DNA of 63,990 nt, filler included, from an uncultured Gemmatimonadota bacterium (GTDB taxonomy: Bacteria; GCA-2686955), in NCBI GenBank assembly GCA_964490075.1. It is 3 parts of 3 records of this genome, joined end to end, with 100 filler letters (N's around TTAATTAATTAA, not from the genome) between each part and the next. Parts side by side here need not be neighbours in the genome. Positions count along the whole stretch, not along the records: positions 1 to 24,040 come from CAZBBK010000077.1; positions 24,141 to 47,548 come from CAZBBK010000078.1; 1 more part is not named here. One strand, given 5' to 3'. The notes beneath the pieces were generated by a model. That model saw only the letters and a list, made by a program, of their open reading frames with translations, ran no database searches and was not told the origin of the DNA. A program made the translations under genes and the position numbers. Each line of letters starts with the position of its first letter. Position 1 is the first letter of the stretch. Shown piece after piece: positions 17,605 through 26,121 of the stretch.

Positions 17605-19629
17605 ATGCTCCTGCCGAGACGGCATCCGCCGCTGCCCGCGATCGCAATTCTGGCACTGATCCAGGCGTCGAGCACCCCGGCCCTGAATCTCGAGCGACTC
17701 TCCGCCACGCGCCTCAGCGTGACCTTCGAGCTGCTCGATGTCGAGCACCACGAGGGGGTGCTGGCGATCCCCGGCGGCCTGGGCGGCACGGCGGTGATCG
17801 ATGTCACCGACCCGCGGCAGCCGGTCGAGCTCAGTCGCTACAGCGACACTCTCTGTCTCTACGGCCGCCTCTACAACACCTTTATCGGACCCGAGCTCAC
17901 CCTGGGCGCCGGCCGCAACTGCCCGCTGGTCCTTCTCGAGCCCGGTCCGGGCTATCACCTCGACGTGGTCGGTCGCCACCAAACAGGAGACGCTTCGTAT
18001 GAGGACGCCGCCGTGCGCGACGACCTGGCGGCGATCGCCGCCCACGACGGGGGACTGGAGCTGATCGATATCAGCGATCCCGGAGCCACGTTTACGGTGG
18101 CGACGGTTCCGCTGACCAATGCCTGGGCGGTGCGCATCGACGGCGACCACGCCTACGTGGCCGACGGCGGCGGCGGCCTGGCGGTGGTCGACATCTCCGA
18201 TCCCTACCAGGCCTTCCTGGCTGGACGCCTGGTCACCAGCGGCGCGGCCAAAGATGTGCGGGTGCGCAACGGTCTGGCCTTTCTCGCGTTGGGAGATGCG
18301 GGAGTGGCCATGATCGACGTCTCCACTCCGAGTCAGCCGGTGCTGGCGGCCGAGTACAACACCACCGGCAACGCCTCGCATCTCGGAGCCAGCGACAGTC
18401 TGGTGGCAGTCGCCGACTGGGACGACGTGGAGATCCTGCGCTACGACCACCAGGGCATGCTGGAGCTAACCGGCAGCAAGAAGACCGGCGGCCGGGTGAT
18501 GGGCGTCGAGATCGTGAACGACGTGGTGTACGTGGCCGAGTGGAGTGAGCTTCACATTTACAGCTACGGCCCCATCGCCGGACCTGATCTCGACCTCGAC
18601 TTGGTCGACATCAACTTCCCGAAGACCGAGGTGGGCGCCAGCCGCGACACTACGATCCAGCTGAGCAACAGTGGCGGTTCCACGCTGACCATCGAGTCGA
18701 TCGACATCCCGCACGCCGACTTGGCGCTCGACCCCGCCGGGCCCTTCAGCATCATGGCGGGCGGTTCCAGAGACCTCACCATCACCTACACCGCCAGCGA
18801 GGACGAGATCGACATCCGCTGGTTCACGATTCACTCGAACGACACCGATGATTCGGCCTTTCAGTTCTCCGTGCAAGGCAACAGCCGCGATCTGAACGTC
18901 GGAGATCCGGCTCCAGACTTCACCATTCCGGTGCTGGACGGCGCACCGGTGACACTTTCCGAGCTGCGCGGCAGCGTGGTGGTGCTGACCTTCTTCGCCT
19001 CGTGGTGACCGGTCTGCGGTCCGCAGTTGGTGGACATCGAGAACGGGCTCTGGGAGACCTACCGCGATCAGGGACTGCTGGTCTATGGCGCCAATCGCGA
19101 GAGCGAGCCGATTCTGCGCGACTTCATCGACCAGACCGGCATCACTTTCCCGGTGCTGCTCGACGAGCCGGCCGGCTACTACCTGCTGGGCGGCCTTTCT
19201 CCCTATCCGCGCGACTTCATCATCGACGCCGATGGAATCGTGCAATATGCGGACACGGAGTACCGTCCGACCGAGATGTCGGCGATCATCGAGCGTTTGC
19301 TGCCCACCGCGGTCGAGGACGATGGGGTGGCGGCGGACGCGCCCCCCGCGACACGCCCGGTGCTCGCTCAAAACCTCCCCAACCCCTTCAACCCCAGCAC
19401 CACCATCCGCTTCGACCTGCCGGCGGACGGGCCCGCCGAGCTGACGATCTTCGACATCGGCGGGCGGCGGGTGCGCACCTTGGTCGCGGACAACCTCCCT
19501 GCCGGCTCCCACGCCCGGCGCTGGGACGGACGCGACGAACGCGGCGCGGAGCTGCCCTCGGGCATCTACCTCTACCGGCTGCGATCCGGGGGTATCGAAG
19601 CGCTTCGCAGGATGGTTCTGCTGCGCTGA
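17605..19629 (+). CDS. Probable selenoprotein: LVIVD repeats + Ig-like domain + TlpA/AhpC-type redoxin (UxxC) + FlgD-like C-terminal domain
   Basis: ORFs 17593-19008 and 19027-19629 share a frame; read-through of TGA 19006-19008 gives [20 protein letters not shown]-terminus [28 protein letters not shown]. Confidence 0.88.
19008..19031 (+). promoter_or_regulatory. Candidate bacterial SECIS hairpin
   Basis: ACCGG-(bulged T)-CTGCG-GTC-CGCAG-TTGGT directly 3' of the TGA; the loop is closer to the UGA than usual. Confidence 0.45.
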
Positions 19630-19698
19630 ATTCGGGTTTCTCTCCCCGCTCCCATGCTATCTTGGAGTCGAATTCGAACTCCAACATGGGAGGGATCC

Positions 19699-21012
19699 AT
19701 GTCCCGAAAATTCGTCATAAGTTGCGAATCCACACTGCGGATCGTGGCGCCTCTGCTCGTTTTCGGCGCGAGCGCCGCCCCCGCCGTCCCGAACGCCTGG
19801 TCCTTGCTGGGCGACGACCGTGGCGACGGCCGCTATGTCCGTGAAGACTGGGACCTGATCGCGGCGCTGCACGACACCCAAGGACGCGAGATCGTGGCCC
19901 ATTGCACGCGCATGAGCGACGAGGTCTGGGATCACCAGATCACGGTGGAGCGCTGGGACGAGGCCACGCAGAGCTGGCTCCCGCTCGGCCAGGCGTTCGG
20001 CGGCGGCGAGGATGGCGCGAATGCGCCCTCGCTGGCACTGGCGGGCGATTGGCTCTATGTCGCCTACATCCAGCGCAATTCCGGCACCGGAGTGTGGGGC
20101 GAGCTGAAGGTGAAGCGTTACGATGAGCCGGGCGATCTGTGGGTCGAGATCGGCCAAAGCGTGCTCAATGTCGACCCTCTGGAGAACGCCTGGGCGCCGA
20201 GCCTGGTCGCGGTCGATCAGGCCGGGATCGATGTCGCCGTGGCCTGGGAGGAGGACGGCGGCAGCGCGGTCAAGGCCTGGGTGAAGGCACTGCGCGACGA
20301 CCAGTGGCTGCTGCTCGGCGGCGGCCCCCTGAATGTGGCGCCCAATCGAGACGCCGAAGATGTCGAGCTGGCCTTCGACGGCGATCGGATCGTCGCAACC
20401 TGGAGCGAGGAGCACAACGACCACCAGGCGATCCACGTCAAGGCGGTGGGGAGCGACAATCGCTGGACCGCCTTGGGCGACGATCTCGCGCCGGGCCAGT
20501 ATGGCCACAAGCCGAGCATCGCTTTCGACGGCGCGGCCCTCCACGTGGCCTACGGCAGCTACGATGAGGCGCTCGGAAACGCGCGCCTGGTACTCGTCAA
20601 ACGCTGGACCGACAGCGCCTGGCAGCTGCTCGGCGGCCCCCTGAACGAATACTCGTCGAGCGACGACACGTGGGCGAGCTGCCACCGCATCGCGCTGCGG
20701 GGCGGACGGCTGTGGGTCGCCTGGTGCGAGTCGCAAGGCAGCGGCAAGGCGGCTGATCTCTTCGTCAAGAGCTACAGCGGCTGCGAGTGGGCAATCGATC
20801 CCGGGAGCCGCGCGCGCCGCAGCCTCGACGTCGATCCGGAGCTCGATGTCGGTCAGCTCGCCCTCGCCGGCGGACTGGCGTCGCTCCTGGTCGGCTTCGT
20901 CGAGGAGGGCGCGATCTACGTCGAGCGACGCGACCCGGGTCCACCGGTCGAGTGCATCGGGGCCGATCGATCGGCGCCCGCGCGCGCGGTGGCCGGAGGG
21001 CCCATGTGGTGA
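19699..21012 (+). CDS. Secreted repeat (probable beta-propeller) protein
   Basis: GGAGGG RBS; signal-like leader; repeats VKRW...W..LGG.LN, PSLA, VAW.E. Confidence 0.7.
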   Translation: MSRKFVISCESTLRIVAPLLVFGASAAPAVPNAWSLLGDDRGDGRYVREDWDLIAALHDTQGREIVAHCTRMSDEVWDHQITVERWDEATQSWLPLGQAFGGGEDGANAPSLALAGDWLYVAYIQRNSGTGVWGELKVKRYDEPGDLWVEIGQSVLNVDPLENAWAPSLVAVDQAGIDVAVAWEEDGGSAVKAWVKALRDDQWLLLGGGPLNVAPNRDAEDVELAFDGDRIVATWSEEHNDHQAIHVKAVGSDNRWTALGDDLAPGQYGHKPSIAFDGAALHVAYGSYDEALGNARLVLVKRWTDSAWQLLGGPLNEYSSSDDTWASCHRIALRGGRLWVAWCESQGSGKAADLFVKSYSGCEWAIDPGSRARRSLDVDPELDVGQLALAGGLASLLVGFVEEGAIYVERRDPGPPVECIGADRSAPARAVAGGPMW

Positions 21013-21034
21013 CGTTTCCGGACGCGGGGCACCG

Positions 21035-21835
21035 ATGAAGCGACAGTTCACCGATCAGGTCGTCTGGATCACCGGCGCCGGAAGCGGACTGGGCCAGGCG
21101 CTGGCGATCGAGCTCGCCCGGCGCGGCGCCCGGGTGGCGTTGAGCGGACGGCGGGTCGAGCGGCTGGAGCAGGTCGCGAAGCAGGTAGAGGCCGCGGGCG
21201 GCCGCGCGCTGGTCGTCCCTTGCGACGTGACCGATGAGGAGGCGGTCCAGGCGACGATCGCCAAGGTGGTCGCGGAGCTCGGCGGAATCGATGTCGCGAT
21301 CGCCAATGCCGGAATGTCGGTCGTGGGATCGATCGAAAAGCTGTCGCTCTCCGAATGGCACCAGCAGTTCGGCGTCAACTTGTTCGGGCTGGTGAGCAGT
21401 GTCAAGCACTCGCTGCCGGAGCTGCGCAAGACCCGAGGCCGATTGGTGCTGATGGGCAGCATCGTCAGCTTCCTGGCCGGCAAGCGTGCCGGAGCCTACT
21501 GCGCCTCGAAGTTCGCGGTGCGGGCGATCGGCCTGACGCTGTCCCAGGAGCTGCACGGCACGGGCGTTTCCTGCACCACGATCTGCCCCGGATTCGTGGA
21601 GAGCGAGATCAACCGCGTCGACAACTCCGGCCGCTACCACGCCTCCCGCCGCGACCTGCGCCCGAAGCGACTCATGTGGACCGCCGACAAGGCCGCCCGC
21701 GTAATGGTCGACGCCATCGCCAAGCGAAAGCGCGAGTTCGTCTTTACCGGCCACGGCAAGATCGGGGCATTCCTGGGGCAGCATTTCCCGGGCTTGGTGA
21801 GCTTCGCGCTGGGGCGGGTGGGGGCGTTGAAATGA
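21035..21835 (+). CDS. SDR family oxidoreductase
   Basis: TGAGSGLG, ANAG, YCASK catalytic motif. Confidence 0.93.
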   Translation: MKRQFTDQVVWITGAGSGLGQALAIELARRGARVALSGRRVERLEQVAKQVEAAGGRALVVPCDVTDEEAVQATIAKVVAELGGIDVAIANAGMSVVGSIEKLSLSEWHQQFGVNLFGLVSSVKHSLPELRKTRGRLVLMGSIVSFLAGKRAGAYCASKFAVRAIGLTLSQELHGTGVSCTTICPGFVESEINRVDNSGRYHASRRDLRPKRLMWTADKAARVMVDAIAKRKREFVFTGHGKIGAFLGQHFPGLVSFALGRVGALK

Positions 21836-21911
21836 CGCTCCAGGCAGGTCGCGCCCGCGGCGTTATCCTGAAATCGGATCTGACCGAGCTCCACCTCCAC
21901 CGGAGCTTCTG

Positions 21912-22853
21912 ATGCTCATCGAACTACTCCTTGCCTCGCTGGTCGGCGCGGCGCCCGGGCCCGCGGCCGCCGCCGCGGCCTTCCCGGCTCCGCCAAGGGT
22001 TCGCGATACTCGCCACGAGATCTTCTCCGGCGGGCGGCGCCGTCTTTACAACGTCCATAGGCCACCGCTGCACGACCCGCTCGTCCCCTATCCGGTGGTG
22101 CTCGTCCTGCACGGCGGCACCGGTTGGGCCCAACAGATGGCGCAGAACTCCCATTTCTCGGAGATCGCCAACAGCTACGATTTCGTGGCGGTCTATCCCG
22201 AGGGGTGGTCGCGTTTCCCACATATCGCCCAGACCTGGAACGCGCCGCTGAGCGACGACTTCGGCCATGTCTGCGGCAAGGCGACCGAGCTCGATATCGA
22301 CGACGTCGGCTTCATCGCCGATCTGCTCGACGACCTCGGCACCAGGATGGCGATCGACGAGCGGCGGGTGTTCGCGTCTGGTCATTCCAACGGCGCGATG
22401 ATGAGCTACCGCTTGGCGGCCGAGCTCTCGGATCGGATCGCCGCAATCGCGCCGAATGCCGGTGCGCGCATCTTCGACCCGCTGCCGCCACGGCCGGTGC
22501 CGGTGCTGGCCTTGCACGGTGCGCTCGACAACAACGTGCCCTGGACCGGGGGCCAGGGCAGCGGCCTCTGCGACGTGGTCTACCCAAGTCAGACTGAGTC
22601 GCTGCTGCCCTTGGTGGCACACAACGGCTGCGATCCGCCGCGCCTGGTCGAGGTACGCGGCAACGCGCGCTACTACGAAGCGCCGGATCCGATTTCCGGT
22701 AACACCGTCGCGCTCTGGTGGTTGACCGACGGTGGCCATAGCTGGCCCGGTGGAGAGCCCGCCGAGTGGAATCCGCGCGAGCCACAGAATTCCGACATCC
22801 AGGCGGCCGAGGAGGCCTGGCTCTTCTTCGTGGAGCATCCAATGCCAGAGTGA
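21912..22853 (+). CDS. LpqC/PHB depolymerase-family esterase
   Basis: LVLHGG, DDVGFI, GHSNGAMM nucleophile elbow, GGHSWPG. Confidence 0.9.
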   Translation: MLIELLLASLVGAAPGPAAAAAAFPAPPRVRDTRHEIFSGGRRRLYNVHRPPLHDPLVPYPVVLVLHGGTGWAQQMAQNSHFSEIANSYDFVAVYPEGWSRFPHIAQTWNAPLSDDFGHVCGKATELDIDDVGFIADLLDDLGTRMAIDERRVFASGHSNGAMMSYRLAAELSDRIAAIAPNAGARIFDPLPPRPVPVLALHGALDNNVPWTGGQGSGLCDVVYPSQTESLLPLVAHNGCDPPRLVEVRGNARYYEAPDPISGNTVALWWLTDGGHSWPGGEPAEWNPREPQNSDIQAAEEAWLFFVEHPMPE

Positions 22854-22892
22854 TGCCTCCGCCCTCACGAGCGGTTTTGGAGGGATGAACCG

Positions 22893-24040
22893 ATGCGAAT
22901 CAGCGCAGCGATATCACTACTTCTGATCGCCGGCCACGCTCCGGCGACAACGATCAACATCCCACTCGACTACCCGACCATCCAGGCCGGGATCGACGCC
23001 GCGCTCGACGGCGACACGGTGCGCGTGCATCCCGGCACCTACTTCGAGACCGAGATCGGCTACAACGGTAAAGCGATCGTGGTGACCAGCCTCGATCCCG
23101 ACGACTCGTTGACCGTGGCGGCGACGGTGGTCTCGGGGAGCGGGATTGGGCGGCCTTTTCACTTTCGGGCGGGGGAGGATTCAACCAGTGTGCTGGTCGG
23201 GGTGACGATTACGGAGGGGCACAGCGATTCTTGGGGCGGCGGGATGGTCTGCTCCTATGCGTCGCCGACCATCGATCGTTGTAGGATCGTCAGGAACGAG
23301 GTTGACGACGAGAGCTGGCCGTGGGGCGGCGGCCTTGTCTGCGAAGCATCCTCCTCTCGAATCATCCGGACGACGATCGCGGAGAACACAATCGGCGCCG
23401 ATGAGCCCAGTTACGATGGAAGGGGAGGGGGCGTGACGTGTATGAGCGGTGCTCCCGTCTTCATCGATTGCCTGATCGAGCGGAACCGCAACAACTCCCT
23501 CGATGCCCGGGGCGGAGGCATCTACTCGCACGGCGCCGACGTGACCTTGTCCGGCGTGACACTGCGGGGAAACCACGCCACCCAACACGACTGCTTCGCG
23601 GCCAGTGGAAGCGCGGGAGGGACCATTCGAGGAGGCTTCGCTACCGGGCACGACTGCGCGGCCGGCGGCGGGCTCTTCCTCGATTGGGACTATTGGGTCG
23701 GCGATCTGAGAATCCTGGTTCGCGACTGCACGATCGTGGACAACCTGTCCACGATCGGGGGCGGCGCTTACTTGTCCAGTGGAAGGCAAGGCAAGGTCCT
23801 GTTGAACCGTTGTGTCATCCGGTACAACCGAGCCCACACTGGTGGCGCCGGGATCTGGGCAAGCATCAACGAGGAAGCAGAGCTGCGCAACTGCCTGATC
23901 TCCGGCAACCGGGTCGGGAGCTATCCCAGGCAACAGAATCTTGGCGGCGGCATTCGCGCGTCCTACAGCAACGTCGTGCTCCGTAACTGCACCATCGCGA
24001 ACAACTCTGCGCCCGACGGCGGGGGAGGAATCTATAGCTA
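22893..24040 (+). CDS. Secreted right-handed beta-helix repeat protein (3' end cut by contig end)
   Basis: Signal peptide; YPTIQAGIDAA.DGDTV.V.PGTY; repeated GGGI and C.I..N motifs; runs into the gap. Confidence 0.85.
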
Positions 24041-24140
24041 NNNNNNNNNNNNNNNNNNNNNNNNNNNNNNNNNNNNNNNNNNNNTTAATTAATTAANNNN
24101 NNNNNNNNNNNNNNNNNNNNNNNNNNNNNNNNNNNNNNNN
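24041..24140. other. Artificial contig linker
   Basis: N44-TTAATTAATTAA-N44 (stop codons in all six frames). Confidence 0.97.
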
Positions 24141-24192
24141 CACGACTCACGAGCGTTTGCCGATCCTGGACGAGCGGCCGCATGGGTGGTGA
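24141..24192. repeat. Dispersed repeat at contig start (copy 1)
   Basis: 50/52 identical to 47652-47703. Confidence 0.9.
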
Positions 24193-24249
24193 GGGGGCGC
24201 GCGGGCGCGCTATCGCGGCGGCTCCACGCGCTGCGATCGAGCTGCCCCA

Positions 24250-24268
24250 CTCGAGTGCTACACTCGAG
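24250..24268 (+). promoter_or_regulatory. Inverted repeat CTCGAGTG-CTA-CACTCGAG overlapping an extended -10 (TGcTACACT)
   Basis: Perfect 8-bp arms ending 6 bp upstream of the MNT start. Confidence 0.55.
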
Positions 24269-24274
24269 GCAGCC

Positions 24275-24718
24275 ATGGACAGAGCCAAGCAGCCGCCCGA
24301 GCTCGACCTCGCGAAGCTCCACGAGATCATGGGGCGATTCCCCCGGATCGCAGTGGCCTATCTGTTCGGCTCTCTGGCGCGTGGCGATGCCCGGGCCGAC
24401 AGCGATGTCGATCTGGGGCTGGTCTTGCAAGAGCGTGGGAGCACGCTCGACCACCGGGCTCTCGGCGAGCTCGCGTCTCGGCTCGAGGAGGTGACGGCGT
24501 CGCGCCCGCTGGACCTGGTCGTTCTCGACCGCGAGGGTCCCATGCTGCGTCACCGGGTGCTCTCCGAGGGCCGGCTGGTCTTCGAGCGCGACCGTGCTCG
24601 CCGAGTCGATTTCGAATCCGATACCTACTCGCGCTACTTCGATTTCTTACCCACTTACGAAATCGCCACGCGCGGCAAGATCGCCGCGACCCGCGAGTGG
24701 ATCGCGAGCCGCCGATGA
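24275..24718 (+). CDS. Minimal nucleotidyltransferase (MntA-type antitoxin)
   Basis: AYLFGSLARG...SDVDLG motif; DLVVL. Confidence 0.88.
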   Translation: MDRAKQPPELDLAKLHEIMGRFPRIAVAYLFGSLARGDARADSDVDLGLVLQERGSTLDHRALGELASRLEEVTASRPLDLVVLDREGPMLRHRVLSEGRLVFERDRARRVDFESDTYSRYFDFLPTYEIATRGKIAATREWIASRR

Positions 24719-24933
24719 CCGCCCCCGAGCTCTCGTCGAAGCTCGACCTGTTGCGGGGCAACATCGAGCAGCTTGCGGCGATTCCGCAGTCGAGCTACGA
24801 CGATTTCGCGGGCGATTTCCGCAACCTCTCGGCCGCCCTTCACCTGCCCCGTAGAGTCACGGGCCGACCGGGGCGCCGCTATCTCGTGCAGCAGAGCCGA
24901 ATTCGGCCCTCTCACCAAAGAGTATTTCGATAA
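24715..24933 (+). pseudogene. Truncated HEPN/DUF86 (HepT-like) toxin
   Basis: ATGA overlap with MNT; first ~44 aa look like a DUF86 N-terminus; similarity stops near 24846 and no RxxxxH site follows. Confidence 0.7.
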
Positions 24934-24946
24934 CTATCATTTCAAA

Positions 24947-24975
24947 TTGACATCCTCCCCTTCGACACCTATCTT
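24947..24975 (+). promoter_or_regulatory. Sigma70-type promoter TTGACA-N17-TATCTT
   Basis: Consensus -35, 17-bp spacer, AT-rich context, 60 bp upstream of ORF 25036. Confidence 0.65.
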
Positions 24976-25035
24976 CACTCCGATCCCAGGGATCGAATTG
25001 AATCAGGGGATCTATTCCCGAACCTGTCGAAACAA

Positions 25036-25497
25036 ATGGAGGATGCCGTGCCCCACCCCTTGGACCCGGCCCGGACGCGCTTCGAGTCGGATCTCGAGCG
25101 CATGCGCTCGGAGCCCCTGGCGCCGCCGCCGGCCGCGCCCGCGGAGTCGCATGACGCGCTGGCCCGCGTCGACGCCAATGTGCTCGGCATCGCCAGCGGC
25201 GTATTCGCCAAGATGTACCGCGCCCTGGTTCTGGAGCAGGACTCCAACATGGCGCGACACCTGTCCAAGTCCCTGGCGGATGCCACGACCCCGGCCGAGC
25301 GGATCTACCTCGCCTACACCCGGCTGGTCGACGAGATGCTCATCCGCTGGCGCGCCAAGTCCGAAAAGGACCGGCGCTTCGGCCGCGAGCGCGATCACCA
25401 CGTCGCCCAGGTGCAGGTGCAGCGCATGGAGGCGGTGCGGGCCAGCTTCGAGCGCCATTTCGGGCGCGCCGATTCGGGGGAGGCCGGCGATGCATGA
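25036..25497 (+). CDS. Hypothetical helical protein
   Basis: 153-aa ORF with genome-like codon use; overlaps the next gene start. Confidence 0.7.
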   Translation: MEDAVPHPLDPARTRFESDLERMRSEPLAPPPAAPAESHDALARVDANVLGIASGVFAKMYRALVLEQDSNMARHLSKSLADATTPAERIYLAYTRLVDEMLIRWRAKSEKDRRFGRERDHHVAQVQVQRMEAVRASFERHFGRADSGEAGDA

Positions 25498-26038
25498 GAA
25501 CCTCTCCCTCTTCAAGGCGCTGGCGCACCAGTCGCGGCTCTCGCTGCTGGGCGCCTTGCTCGAGCAGCCGACCTACGTCGAGGTGCTGGCCGAGCGCCTC
25601 AAGCTCTCCACCTCGACCGTCTCCTTCCACCTCAAGAAGCTCGAAGCGGCCGGCCTGGTGCGCTCGCGGCGCGACCAGTACTACACGGTGTTCACGGTCG
25701 ACTCGGGGTTCCTCGAGCGTCCTCTGGTCGAGCTGCTTCGGCCCAGCCGCACCGAGCTGGCCGCTCAAGAGCGTCGCGAGCAGGGCTATCGCGCCAAGGT
25801 CCTGGCCAACTTCTTTCGCTACGGCAAGCTGCTGCGCATTCCCGTGCAGCGCAAGAAGCGCCGCATCGTGCTCGAGCAGATCGCGCAGAGCTTCGAAGCG
25901 GAACGGGTCTACTCGGAGCGCGAGGTCAATCTGATCATCGCCGACTATCACGACGACTTCTGCCAGATCCGCCGCGACATGATCGACGAAGGGCTGATGA
26001 CCCGGGCCGCCGGGCGCTATCGCCTGGTGAAAGCCTGA
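25490..26038 (+). CDS. ArsR-family HTH regulator fused to DUF2087
   Basis: FKALAHQSRL..STVSFHLKKL..GLV; C-terminal IP...KKR..VL..YSEREVN..HDDF..IRR. Confidence 0.9.
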   Translation: MHENLSLFKALAHQSRLSLLGALLEQPTYVEVLAERLKLSTSTVSFHLKKLEAAGLVRSRRDQYYTVFTVDSGFLERPLVELLRPSRTELAAQERREQGYRAKVLANFFRYGKLLRIPVQRKKRRIVLEQIAQSFEAERVYSEREVNLIIADYHDDFCQIRRDMIDEGLMTRAAGRYRLVKA

Positions 26039-26121
26039 ACGCGCGAGCGGAGGTTGGCGCCGGCCGGGGAATCGTCGATGATCTCCCAAAGCATTCGCTC
26101 ATCGTTGCTTGCCTCAACTCC

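Noticed and set aside
24085-24096. TTAATTAATTAA inside N runs (also 47593-47604)
   Set aside because: Synthetic six-frame-stop linker; it also means the CRISPR array and the FAD oxidoreductase are not known neighbours
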